The notes under the pieces are model-generated. The model searched no databases. It was not told the DNA's origin and was given only the letters and a program-made list of their open reading frames with translations. The position numbers and the translations under genes were made by a program. Of a stretch of DNA of 64,000 bases, positions 30,480 to 40,018 are shown piece after piece. Every line of letters begins with the position of its first letter. Positions within the stretch are counted from its first letter, which is position 1. Source of the stretch: Obrimoposthia wandeli (taxonomy: Eukaryota); the NCBI GenBank assembly GCA_977020255.1, contig CDROCS010005135.1, positions 1 through 64,000 on the forward strand, in the 5' to 3' direction.

Positions 30480-30498
30480 AAAAGGCACTGAAAAGTGC
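30480..30498 (+). repeat. attR core, within an intact bioD-side terminator hairpin
   Basis: AAAAGGCACTGAAAAGTGC followed by CTTTTTT completes AAAAAAGGCACT-gaaa-AGTGCCTTTTTT. Confidence 0.85.
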
Positions 30499-30554
30499 CT
30501 TTTTTGATCTTTTTCTACTCTATATAGCATCCCGTTCGCAGTTATTCCCACCTT

Positions 30555-30928
30555 CGTGATAACGGTCAGTATGCGTATGTGATGATGCAAAAACCCGATG
30601 ACAGAACACATTTCATTCAGCGTAAAACGGGGATTCCAGAAAGTGAGATCATCACCGTTGGTAACGTTTGAATACTTGTTTAAAAAATAGGGGCTTGAAT
30701 GGCGTTATATCAAATGGTTTTAGGTGCAGGCATGAAAGCAGGCATTAAGTGGATGCGTGAAATGATTACAAAAATGGATGTTCGACTCACTCGCTTAGAG
30801 AAAAAAATAAAGCCACTGGCTAGCAGTGGCTTTACTCATAATTACTCGGTGTAGACACTTCATCTATGTTTTAAACGCCATATAAAACATAATTTTGCGT
30901 TGTTACACAAAGCATTGAAAATGCTTTT
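30555..30928 (+). pseudogene. Inverted relic of a second PM2-like element: ATPase 3' fragment, terminal small gene, terminator and att-like end
   Basis: DNGQYAYVMMQKPDDRTHFIQRKTGIPESEII vs ATPase DNCQYACVMMQKADDSAHYIQRKTGIPASEVI; KWMREMITKMDVRLTRLEK vs KWMREIITKMDARLTRLEQ; AAAGCCACTGG.TAG.AGTGGCTTTAC terminator. Confidence 0.85.
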
Positions 30929-30943
30929 TACAACTCAATCATC

Positions 30944-31108
30944 TTAGCTGTTATCGCCTGTTAATCCGATAAGAGCTTCTTGGGTATTTGTCAGCTTAGG
31001 TTTACCTGATGCATCAAGTCCCAATTCCTTATGGGCTTCATCAACTGACATACCAAGATGACAGCAAAGAATATCAATCGCAACTTGGTATTTCTCTTTG
31101 TCGGCCAT
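30944..31108 (-). CDS. Small hypothetical protein (~54 aa)
   Basis: MADKEKYQVAIDILCCHLGMS.. after GGAGG RBS. Confidence 0.6.
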   Translation of the reverse strand: MADKEKYQVAIDILCCHLGMSVDEAHKELGLDASGKPKLTNTQEALIGLTGDNS

Positions 31109-31220
31109 CATTCCTCCTTGATATAAAGACTGGTGTTTAAAACACCTGACATCAACAATAGTCAATATGCGCACTAGATGCAATAAGACTAAAGTCTAAG
31201 ATTTAGTCTTATCTCCATTT

Positions 31221-32069
31221 CTAGCGAATGAGTAAGAGTGGCACTTGGCTTTTGGTTAGCATTTCAGTGGTATTACTGCCTAAGAAAAACTGCCTAACGC
31301 GTGAATGCCCGTAAGCCCCCATTACAATAAGACCAATATCATTGTGTGTTTGATAGTGCACCAGTGCAGAGTGGATATCGCCCTCAATGATTTTTTCTAA
31401 AACATCGATATTTTCAGCACGTAATTTCTTAGCTGCAACATGGAAAGATTCAGTACGATCATCGTCGTCTTTCACCATCACTAAGTGGCAGGTTAATCCA
31501 TTTAATAACGGGGTTTTTATCGCTTTATCGATGAGTTTTTGACTGATATCACTGCCATCAAATGCAATCATGAATGACTTTGGTTCGTTAAACGGTTTTA
31601 TCGCGACTAAGGTATGTGCCTTTATAGAGCGAATAACACTTTCAAGCTGGGAACCAATCGCGGTGGTTTGATTTTGATGCGCTTCACCTGATTTTCCAAT
31701 AACCAGCAAGCGAGTTTCAGTTTCAATATCAAGCAGAGATTCAACAAAGTCACCGTGTCTTTGTTGTTTAATGACGTTAGCCAAACCTTGTTGATTCGCT
31801 CTTTCCATCATATCGGCAAGCAAATACTTCCCATGCTTAAGAGCTAATTTACTGCGTTGCTCATCTAACGCGGTTAAATCTTCAAGAAGCTGCTCTCGGC
31901 TGCCTAATCCAATACTACCTGATAACTCACTTGTTACAGGGTATTCCGATTTATCTAATACATGCAGTATTTTTAAAGGAATGTCTAAGTGCTTGGCTGC
32001 CCAAATGCTAGCATCACACACAGTTGTCGACATGGATGAACCATCAATACACGCGATAATATTTTTCAT
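31221..32069 (-). CDS. Universal stress protein (tandem UspA domains)
   Basis: IIACIDGS, LLVIGKSG, IAFDGS, IVMGAYGHSRVRQFFLGSNT. Confidence 0.92.
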   Translation of the reverse strand: MKNIIACIDGSSMSTTVCDASIWAAKHLDIPLKILHVLDKSEYPVTSELSGSIGLGSREQLLEDLTALDEQRSKLALKHGKYLLADMMERANQQGLANVIKQQRHGDFVESLLDIETETRLLVIGKSGEAHQNQTTAIGSQLESVIRSIKAHTLVAIKPFNEPKSFMIAFDGSDISQKLIDKAIKTPLLNGLTCHLVMVKDDDDRTESFHVAAKKLRAENIDVLEKIIEGDIHSALVHYQTHNDIGLIVMGAYGHSRVRQFFLGSNTTEMLTKSQVPLLLIR

Positions 32070-32079
32070 TATAAATTCC

Positions 32080-33570
32080 TTAGTGACCAGCCATTAGTTT
32101 TTCAACTTCTTCAGGTTTGTCGTGAATACCAAATTTATCGACAAGGGTATTTGTTGCTTCATTCATTCCAATTAACTCAACGGTTGCACCTTCACGACGG
32201 AATTTGATAACGACTTTATCAAGTGCTGATACTGAGGTGATATCCCAAAAGTGGGCAGAAGAAAGATCGATAGTGACGTGATCTAACACTTCTTTAAAAT
32301 CAAATGACTTTAAAAATTGCTCTGACGAGGCAAAGAATATTTGTCCTATCACTTTATAGTGGCGTGATGCACTAGCGGTATTGTCATCACTTTTCACCAC
32401 CATAAAACGACTGATTTTGTTGGCAAAGAATAAAGCCGCGAGTAATACACCGACAAAAACGCCGATAGCGAGATTATGACTGGCAACGACCACAGCAACG
32501 GTAACCACCATCACAATATTGCTCGAAAGCGGATGCTTTTTTAGGTTTCGTAACGAATCCCATGAGAATGTACCAATTGATACCATAATCATAACGGCAA
32601 CTAAGGCAGCCATTGGGATCTGCTTGAGCCAATCCCCAAGGAAAACCACCATCACTAATAAGAACACACCTGCCGATAAACACGACAACCGACCACGGCC
32701 GCCTGATTTAATGTTGATTATTGACTGACCGATCATCGCACAACCCGCCATACCACCCAATAAACCCGCACCAATATTCGCTAAGCCTTGACCTTTACAT
32801 TCTCGGTTTTTATCACTTTCTGTATCGGTAAGATCATCAACAATGGTTGCTGTCATAAGAGATTCAAGTAAGCCAACAGCCGCTAACCCAAGCGAGTAGG
32901 GAAAAATGATCATCAATGTATTGAGGTTTAAAGGAACATCAGGCCAAAGAAAAATAGGAAGAGTGTCGGGAAGTTGGCCCATATCACCCACGGTTTTAAT
33001 ATCTAAGCCGAGCAAGATAGCAATAATGGTGAGAGCAATAATACACACTAAAGGAGAAGGTAATAATTTTCCGATAACGGGTAGGTAGGGGAACAAGTAA
33101 ATAATCCCCAAACCAGCTGCTGTCATAGCGTAAACGTGCCAAGTTACATTAGTCAGCTCTGGTAACTGTGCCATGAAAATTAAAATGGCGAGCGCATTTA
33201 CAAAACCGGTGACAACCGATCGAGAAACAAAACGCATTAAGCTACCCAGTTTAAGATACCCAGCGGCTATTTGTATCACGCCGGTGAGTACGGTTGCTGC
33301 TAATAGGTATTCCAGCCCATGATCTTTTACTAACGTGACCATCAGTAATGCCATTGCACCAGTTGCCGCTGAAATCATGCCAGGCCTGCCACCTGTAAAT
33401 GCGATAATAACAGCCATAGAAAATGATGCATAAAGGCCGACTTTCGGATCGAGACCAGCAATAATAGAGAAGGCAATAGCTTCAGGAATAAGTGCCAAAG
33501 CAACAACAAGACCAGCAAGAAGATCGCCCTTCACATTGAAGAACCAATCTTTTTTTACAGTATCTAACAT
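32080..33570 (-). CDS. SulP family inorganic anion transporter with STAS domain
   Basis: [57 protein letters not shown]. Confidence 0.95.
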   Translation of the reverse strand: MLDTVKKDWFFNVKGDLLAGLVVALALIPEAIAFSIIAGLDPKVGLYASFSMAVIIAFTGGRPGMISAATGAMALLMVTLVKDHGLEYLLAATVLTGVIQIAAGYLKLGSLMRFVSRSVVTGFVNALAILIFMAQLPELTNVTWHVYAMTAAGLGIIYLFPYLPVIGKLLPSPLVCIIALTIIAILLGLDIKTVGDMGQLPDTLPIFLWPDVPLNLNTLMIIFPYSLGLAAVGLLESLMTATIVDDLTDTESDKNRECKGQGLANIGAGLLGGMAGCAMIGQSIINIKSGGRGRLSCLSAGVFLLVMVVFLGDWLKQIPMAALVAVMIMVSIGTFSWDSLRNLKKHPLSSNIVMVVTVAVVVASHNLAIGVFVGVLLAALFFANKISRFMVVKSDDNTASASRHYKVIGQIFFASSEQFLKSFDFKEVLDHVTIDLSSAHFWDITSVSALDKVVIKFRREGATVELIGMNEATNTLVDKFGIHDKPEEVEKLMAGH

Positions 33571-34156
33571 TCAATATACTCAAATTGTTAAAATTTTCGC
33601 GAACGGAAACCATCAGGCAATGCCTGATAAAAATGTAGCGACAAATTTTATAGGGGTGCTGTTAGTGATTAAAAACGCACAGCAAGATGGGCAGCAAAAG
33701 TGCTACCTAGATAGTGATTTGTTGGAACGAGAGTGTTCCGAAGTGATTGTCTAAGGCGGAGTGATCGTCAAAAGTTTATATCCACAAATGTGTAGGCGCA
33801 CATTGTAGAGATAAAGCAATGAAGAAACAAGTGAGTACTTTACTCTTCGATTTATAATAGTGAACACTGTACAGTTTCTAGGCAGTCATGTTTGTTATAA
33901 CGGTAGAATGATAATAATGATTAAATTTTGTCATTATGCCTCACTGGAATTGTAAAGGTTTGATAACAAGACCTGTAAACCTTAAATTTACCTATGTAGT
34001 ATTAACAACCATTCTTTAGCTTGATACGAATGGTAACAATTATGTTCTTTCACTTGTCATGGCTTTGAACGACCATATATTAACTAAACTGTAGGTGGCA
34101 CATACCATCTATTATGTATTTAAAGCTTCTTTTATTTATTGGAGATCATTGGAAAT

Positions 34157-35038
34157 ATGAAGCGAATTGCTCTGTTCTTGGCAACCAACCTTGCCGTAAT
34201 GCTGGTATTCAGCGTTGTCTTGAATGTCGTTTATGCTGTAACAGGTATGCAGCCTGGTAGCCTATCAGGCTTATTGGTAATGGCTGCACTGTTCGGTTTT
34301 GGTGGCTCGCTATTCTCACTCTTCATGTCAAAGAAGATGGCTCTTCGTTCTGTGGGTGGTTCAGTTATTGAGCATCCTCGTAATGAAACCGAGCACTGGT
34401 TGATGGAAACGGTTTCACGTCAGGCTCAGCAAGCGGGTATTGGCATGCCAACCGTTGCGGTTTATGACTCGGCTGATATCAACGCATTTGCAACGGGTGC
34501 TAAGCGTGATGATTCACTGGTGGCGGTTTCAACGGGTTTGCTTCACAGCATGACACGTGATGAAGCTGAAGCGGTACTTGCTCACGAAATTAGCCATATC
34601 TCTAATGGTGATATGGTAACGATGACCTTGATGCAAGGTGTGGTGAATACCTTTGTTATTTTTGTTTCTCGTTTAGTGGCGGGTGCAATCAGTGGTGTTA
34701 ACAACAGTGATGAAGAAGGCGGAGGCGGCAGCTACATAACGTACTTCATCGTATCTTCAATTATGGAAGTACTGTTTGGCTTCTTAGCAAGCATTCTAAC
34801 GATGTGGTATAGCCGTCATCGTGAATTTAAAGCGGATGCGGGCTCTGCAAACTTAGTCGGTAAAGAAAAGATGATTGCTGCGTTAGAGCGTTTGAAAGTG
34901 AGCCAAGAGCCACAGCTAGAAGGCTCTATGATGGCATTCGGTATCAATGGTAAGAAGAAGTCATTGTCTGAATTGTTTATGACTCACCCACCGCTAGAAA
35001 AGCGTATTGATGCTTTGCGCCGTGGTGAGCACCTTTAA
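34157..35038 (+). CDS. htpX: Membrane zinc protease HtpX
   Basis: [14 protein letters not shown] start, [13 protein letters not shown] (HExxH), [18 protein letters not shown]. Confidence 0.97.
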   Translation: MKRIALFLATNLAVMLVFSVVLNVVYAVTGMQPGSLSGLLVMAALFGFGGSLFSLFMSKKMALRSVGGSVIEHPRNETEHWLMETVSRQAQQAGIGMPTVAVYDSADINAFATGAKRDDSLVAVSTGLLHSMTRDEAEAVLAHEISHISNGDMVTMTLMQGVVNTFVIFVSRLVAGAISGVNNSDEEGGGGSYITYFIVSSIMEVLFGFLASILTMWYSRHREFKADAGSANLVGKEKMIAALERLKVSQEPQLEGSMMAFGINGKKKSLSELFMTHPPLEKRIDALRRGEHL

Positions 35039-35093
35039 TCAGAATAGTTAATCGTTTATAAACGTTACGTTATTTGATTATAAGTAAAAACAA

Positions 35094-35146
35094 GAAAACC
35101 CTTTTGACCTTTTGTTACAATGAGTAACAGGGCAAAAGGGTTTTTT
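35094..35146. terminator. Long hairpin between htpX and the convergent gene
   Basis: AAAACCCTTTTG.CCT.TTGTTAC-aatga-GTAACAGGGCAAAAGGGTTTT. Confidence 0.6.
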
Positions 35147-35234
35147 ATTGAGCGCTATATCGATGTACGTTGGGCAATGTTGATTACCTATTCATTGGCC
35201 CAGAAATACTGTTCAATATTAGACGCTTAAATTA

Positions 35235-35720
35235 TCAGGCAATCGTTGTGCTTTGGCTTTCAACATACCAAAATCCCAATAGTGATACCGCCCAGAACTG
35301 GAATAAATATTGAACATCAGGTGCTCCCGATAAGGTCTGCGTAAAGGCCATTGCAGCGGTCACGAATAATGATGCTAATAAACCTGCTTTCAAATATGTT
35401 TTGGGTTTATTCGGTAATATTTCCATCTTCAAGAACGATACGATTAAAAACACCACAGGTAGAATTTGCAATATAATTACAACAGGAAATAAGTAGTCAT
35501 ATAACGGCACAAATAGCATGTCAGTTAATGGTTTTTTCGCCCACGTTCCGGCTATATACTCTTTCCATCCAGCCCAGCTATTACCTTGATAAGTACCAAA
35601 TAGGACACCGTAGAATTTATCGACCACTCCATTTGAAAACCAAAATGGGGCAAATAACATATAAAACGGTAAATACTTAATAATGTTGATTGATTTTTCT
35701 AGTTTCATAACACATTCCAA
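35235..35720 (-). CDS. Hypothetical integral membrane protein (possibly DoxX-like)
   Basis: 161-aa ORF with about four hydrophobic segments. Confidence 0.65.
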   Translation of the reverse strand: MECVMKLEKSINIIKYLPFYMLFAPFWFSNGVVDKFYGVLFGTYQGNSWAGWKEYIAGTWAKKPLTDMLFVPLYDYLFPVVIILQILPVVFLIVSFLKMEILPNKPKTYLKAGLLASLFVTAAMAFTQTLSGAPDVQYLFQFWAVSLLGFWYVESQSTTIA

Positions 35721-35762
35721 ATAATATAAATAAGTAAAAAATTCATAAGATTAACGTGTTAT

Positions 35763-36158
35763 TTATTCCAGAAATACACACAAAGTAAGATGACGCCGGA
35801 CCCGCTGGGGACTCGATGATTCAAACCGTAGATAGGTATCGGGAGGGGCATGCAGCAGCGACAACGCAGCTATTACTAAAGTAAAAAACAGCCACAGAAG
35901 AGGCATGTCGTGCATGCTACCGAGTTCAAAGTTCAGCAGTTGTTCGACTAAATCACATTTTTCAGAGATATCATCGGCTTGAGTACTATGACTAGCGTCA
36001 AGTTGATGTAAGTTCGCTTGTGATTGACGCAGATGTTCTTTGCAACTAGAGGTTACACCCGAGAGCTGACTAAAACAGATACATACACTTAATAGAACAA
36101 CCGATAATAATACCGATGCTCGTCGTGTTTTTCGTTGGTCAGAAAGGTGTAATTGCAA
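35763..36158 (-). CDS. Hypothetical membrane protein (DUF2946-like C-terminus)
   Basis: N-terminal TM, His-rich middle, second TM and C-terminal RRHLTLCVFLE. Confidence 0.55.
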   Translation of the reverse strand: MQLHLSDQRKTRRASVLLSVVLLSVCICFSQLSGVTSSCKEHLRQSQANLHQLDASHSTQADDISEKCDLVEQLLNFELGSMHDMPLLWLFFTLVIAALSLLHAPPDTYLRFESSSPQRVRRHLTLCVFLE

Positions 36159-36334
36159 AAATATGCTCGTTTATGACGTTTAGGGTATTAACGCACGCGA
36201 ACACTGTTTTTTAAATGAGTTTTTACGGAAAGTATAATTCCATTTTTGATTTTATATCAAAATGTTAGGATTTATTTTTTGTTAAAAAAGGCGACAGCTG
36301 CCACCTTTAGATGCGTGAGTTTGTTTTACTTTCG

Positions 36335-37573
36335 TTATGCCGCTGCACTCAATGCTGCTAAACGGGGAACAGGCTTATCATTAATCGGCAAGTGAATTAA
36401 TGCCGCACAGAAGGCGAGAACGACGGTCGACCACCAAATTGGATCGTAGCTGCCGTAGTAATCGTAAATACGACCACCAACCCAAGCCCCTAAGAAGCTG
36501 CCCACTTGGTGAGTGAAAAATACGAGTCCATATAATGTCGACATGTATCGTGCCCCAAACATCTGACGTACTAAACCCGATGTGAGTGGCACAGTACCTA
36601 ACCAGCAAAAACCGATAGCACCACCAAAAATAGCCGCAGTATCAACAGTTACAGGTAATGTTACAAAAGCGGCAATAACCACCGTTCGCACTAAATAGAG
36701 CGATGTCATTACATAGCGTTTATCGAATTTGTCACCCATTACCCCCCAAAAGTATGAACCGAAGATATTAAAAATACCCACGTAGGCGAGAGCCATTGCA
36801 GCCGTTGATCCCGGTAGCCCTTTGTCGGCTAAATAACTTGGAAGGTGAGTGGCAATAAACATGACATGAAAGCTACAAACAAAAAATCCCGCATGAATTA
36901 ACCAATAACCTTTGTGGTTAAAGGCTTCTTTTAATGCTTCGCGTAAGGTTTGTGTATCGTCAATTTTCGGTGCTGTTGGCGCGGATTTTAATGAAGAATT
37001 AGCGTCTTTATTAGCGGTTTTAATAAAGCTGGCAAAGGCGATGATCACACCGCATATTAAGGCGAAAATTTGTAATGTTGTTTGCCAATCGTAGGTGATC
37101 AAGAGTGATTGTGCACCCGGTATGACTGCAAACATACCAAATGAGCCAGCGGCGGTGGTTAAACCAAAAGCTTTTGCTGTATGTTCTGCGGGTACTACGC
37201 GAGCAATAGATCCTAGAATAATCATATAGCTGGTGGCACTTAAACCAAAACCGATCAAAGCACCAAAGGTGACATAAAGAATGCTAGGTTCAGTCGCTAA
37301 AGAGGTCAGGTACAAACCGGCCGCATACGATATTGCCCCAATGGTAATGATACGGCGTGAGCCCCAGCGATCGGCTGCCATACCAACGAATGGTTGGAAT
37401 AGACCAAAAAGCAGATTTTGCAGTGCAATCGTAAAGCTAAAGAACTCTCTACCAGTATTGAATGAATCAGAAATTGGCATCATGAAAATGCCGAAAGATT
37501 GTCTTATCCCAAGACTAATAATTAGCATCCCTATTCCCAACCATACTAATAGTGGGAAACGAAAATACTCATT
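36335..37573 (-). CDS. MFS transporter; likely start ATG at 37573 is out of frame by 1 nt
   Basis: GIRQSFGIF, GMAADRWGSRR motif A, about 12 TMs, GFFVCSFHV, LYGLVFFTHQVGSFLG. Confidence 0.9.
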   Translation of the reverse strand, partial: NEYFRFPLLVWLGIGMLIISLGIRQSFGIFMMPISDSFNTGREFFSFTIALQNLLFGLFQPFVGMAADRWGSRRIITIGAISYAAGLYLTSLATEPSILYVTFGALIGFGLSATSYMIILGSIARVVPAEHTAKAFGLTTAAGSFGMFAVIPGAQSLLITYDWQTTLQIFALICGVIIAFASFIKTANKDANSSLKSAPTAPKIDDTQTLREALKEAFNHKGYWLIHAGFFVCSFHVMFIATHLPSYLADKGLPGSTAAMALAYVGIFNIFGSYFWGVMGDKFDKRYVMTSLYLVRTVVIAAFVTLPVTVDTAAIFGGAIGFCWLGTVPLTSGLVRQMFGARYMSTLYGLVFFTHQVGSFLGAWVGGRIYDYYGSYDPIWWSTVVLAFCAALIHLPINDKPVPRLAALSAAA

Positions 37574-37813
37574 AATGGTGCTCTTTATTGTCGTGTTCGA
37601 TAGATGATTGTTGGTGGCAACCACCACTGGTGGCGTGTTGCGCCAACGCATCGAGTAAAGGTTGACAGTGATGCATAGTATGCACTTTGATAGGGAAGTG
37701 AGCATATTCAGGGTAATTGAGGGCAGTTTGTGCCGAAATTTGCATTACGCCGTTGGTAGGCGTAACACAATATATTGATGATGATAGATTTTACGATAAC
37801 CGATGAATAAACA

Positions 37814-38761
37814 TCACATTACGATTCCACGTACATCGGTTTTAATTTTCCCGCAAATTGGCTCTTTTTCTACTTCAGCCAGTATGAATTCCACAAAAGT
37901 ACGAGCAGCTAAGGTCAGGTTCTTACGTGATGGGTAGACTAACCAACCATACTTAATCGATGGCTCAATGTGGTCGAATAAACGTATTAACATGTCACGT
38001 TCTTGATAATAATTACCAATATCTTCTGGAATAAAGACAATGCCTCGGTTCTGCAAACACGCTTCCATACACAGTGACACGCTGTTCGTTACTAAGTTAC
38101 CCGACACTTCTACCGTTTCATTTTTACCAAAAGGCAGCGTGCCGTATATTTGTCCGTTGGGAAAGCGAAAACGAATAACATTCAGTTGGCGTAAATCGTC
38201 AGCAGTTTGTGGCCTACCGTGTTGTTCTACGTATTCCTGTGTACAGAAAAAACCGAAAGAAGCATGTTTGAATGGACGCGCCACCAAGCTGGAATCTTCA
38301 AGGGTATTGCCTTCACCAACACGCAGCGCAATATCTATGTGGTTCTCGACCATATTTTTGTCTTCTGCACTGGTAATGATCTCGACACTGATCTTCGGGT
38401 ACATATCCATGAACGTGAAAATCATTCGGCCAATATCAAGAATTTCTGGAAAGGGCAGTAATTGAATACGTAGGTGTCCAGACACTTCATAAGTTGGTGC
38501 CGTGATTTCTTGAATACTCGCTTCCAAATCAATCAGCATTGCTTTGGTTTTTGTGTAGAACTTGGTACCTGCTTCTGTCAGCTGTAAGGCGCGGTGTTGG
38601 CGATGAAACAGCAGAATATTCAGCTCTTCTTCCAGTGACTTGATACGTCGGCTAATGTTTGACTTTGGCAGGTCGAAAATTTCAGATGCGCGGTTCAAGC
38701 TGCCCGTATCAACAATTTGGTGAAAGAGCTTGAGATCTTCTGTTTTCATGACGTTGCTCAC
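37814..38761 (-). CDS. LysR family transcriptional regulator
   Basis: DLKLFHQIVDTGSLNRASEIFDLPKSNISRRIKSLEEEL HTH; IDIALRVG. Confidence 0.93.
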   Translation of the reverse strand: MSNVMKTEDLKLFHQIVDTGSLNRASEIFDLPKSNISRRIKSLEEELNILLFHRQHRALQLTEAGTKFYTKTKAMLIDLEASIQEITAPTYEVSGHLRIQLLPFPEILDIGRMIFTFMDMYPKISVEIITSAEDKNMVENHIDIALRVGEGNTLEDSSLVARPFKHASFGFFCTQEYVEQHGRPQTADDLRQLNVIRFRFPNGQIYGTLPFGKNETVEVSGNLVTNSVSLCMEACLQNRGIVFIPEDIGNYYQERDMLIRLFDHIEPSIKYGWLVYPSRKNLTLAARTFVEFILAEVEKEPICGKIKTDVRGIVM

Positions 38762-38890
38762 AGACTTAGTGATAGTTCAATAGATTAAGTGTTCCATAAA
38801 GTGAAACTCTTAGTTCTATATAGTTTGGTTATTCAGAACACGTTATCAGGTTATAGTTCGCGGTGAAAGATAACTATAAGGAATAATTCA

Positions 38891-40018
38891 ATGATGTCAG
38901 CCAAACCGAGTTTGTTAGCACTGGTGCTAGGAACTATTTTAATGAGCTCAGTTCTGACAGGGTGTGACTCTGCAGAGAGTGCTGTGGTAGCAACAGCTAC
39001 CGTACGCCCGGTAAAATTAATCACAATTGGTGATGTAGCGTTTGAACAAAGTCGCATTTTTCCTGCTGAATTGGTGGCCAATCAACAAGCAGATTTAGCT
39101 TTTCGTGTGAGTGGTGAACTGGTTACATTAGATTTAATTGAAGGTCAGAAAGTTAAAAAAGGGCAATTACTGGCGAAACTTGATGATCGAGATGCCAAGA
39201 ATGCGTTATTAAATGCCGAAGCAAATTACGATTTAGCCAATGCCGATTACAATCGTAAAGAACAATTATTAGCCCGAAAACTTATTTCGAAAGCAGAGTT
39301 TGATTCTGCAAAAGCGACATTAAAGTCTGCTAAATCATCACTAAATTCAGCTAGAGACCAACTGCAATATACTAATTTAACCGCCCCTTTTTCAGGCATT
39401 GTTGCCAAAGTTGAATCTGATAACTATCAAATGATTCAAGCATCGCAGGTCGTATTATCGTTGCAAGGTGATCAGCTAATGGATGTCACTATTCAAGTGC
39501 CTGAATCACTCATTATGCGTTTAAATAAAAAGAACTTAGATGAACATTACCTGCCACGTGTGCGCTTTGTTTCTCAAGGTGAAAGTGTCACGACTTATCC
39601 TGTTCGTTTTAAAGAGAGCTCAAGTAAAGTCAGCCCTGGTACACAAACTTATGCCGTTACCTTTAGTTTTAAACCTGAAGATGGCTTGAACGTTATTCCG
39701 GGTATGAGTGCTGAATTATTACTCGATATGTCAGTTGATCACCGTCGTTCTCAAGATAATGGGATAAGCGATTTTCTCGCTATTTTACCGCAATCTGCCA
39801 TCGTGAAATCGGATGAAGATAACCAGATCAAAGTGTGGCGATACAATCAAGACAGTCGCCAAGTTGAATCTGTAAACGTGACGTTAGGGCAAGTGCGAAC
39901 GAATGGTATTGAAGTGTTATCTGGATTAAACAAAGGCGATCAAATCGTCAGTGTGGGGGCGAATGCGATTAAAGCAGGAATGGAAGTAAAACCCCTTCGC
40001 TGGGAAAGAGGCGTGTAA
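38891..40018 (+). CDS. RND efflux periplasmic adaptor (lipoprotein)
   Basis: Lipobox LTGC, RVSGEL, VKKGQLLAKLD, LTAPFSGIV. Confidence 0.92.
   Translation: MMSAKPSLLALVLGTILMSSVLTGCDSAESAVVATATVRPVKLITIGDVAFEQSRIFPAELVANQQADLAFRVSGELVTLDLIEGQKVKKGQLLAKLDDRDAKNALLNAEANYDLANADYNRKEQLLARKLISKAEFDSAKATLKSAKSSLNSARDQLQYTNLTAPFSGIVAKVESDNYQMIQASQVVLSLQGDQLMDVTIQVPESLIMRLNKKNLDEHYLPRVRFVSQGESVTTYPVRFKESSSKVSPGTQTYAVTFSFKPEDGLNVIPGMSAELLLDMSVDHRRSQDNGISDFLAILPQSAIVKSDEDNQIKVWRYNQDSRQVESVNVTLGQVRTNGIEVLSGLNKGDQIVSVGANAIKAGMEVKPLRWERGV

Larger units (their letters stand above)
17004..30498. mobile_element. PM2/corticovirus-like (tailless, double-jelly-roll) prophage, ~13.5 kb
   Basis: att repeats; integrase; MCP of PM2 P2-like size and N-terminus; A32-type ATPase; P3/P5/P8/P10-like proteins in PM2 order; no terminase, portal or tail-tube genes. 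Confidence 0.88.

Noticed and set aside
17004-30498. Filamentous (inovirus) or P2-like tailed prophage/satellite interpretation
   Set aside because: No Zot-type TM ATPase or dif-site integration; no terminase, portal, sheath or tape measure; the MCP and membrane proteins follow PM2 order
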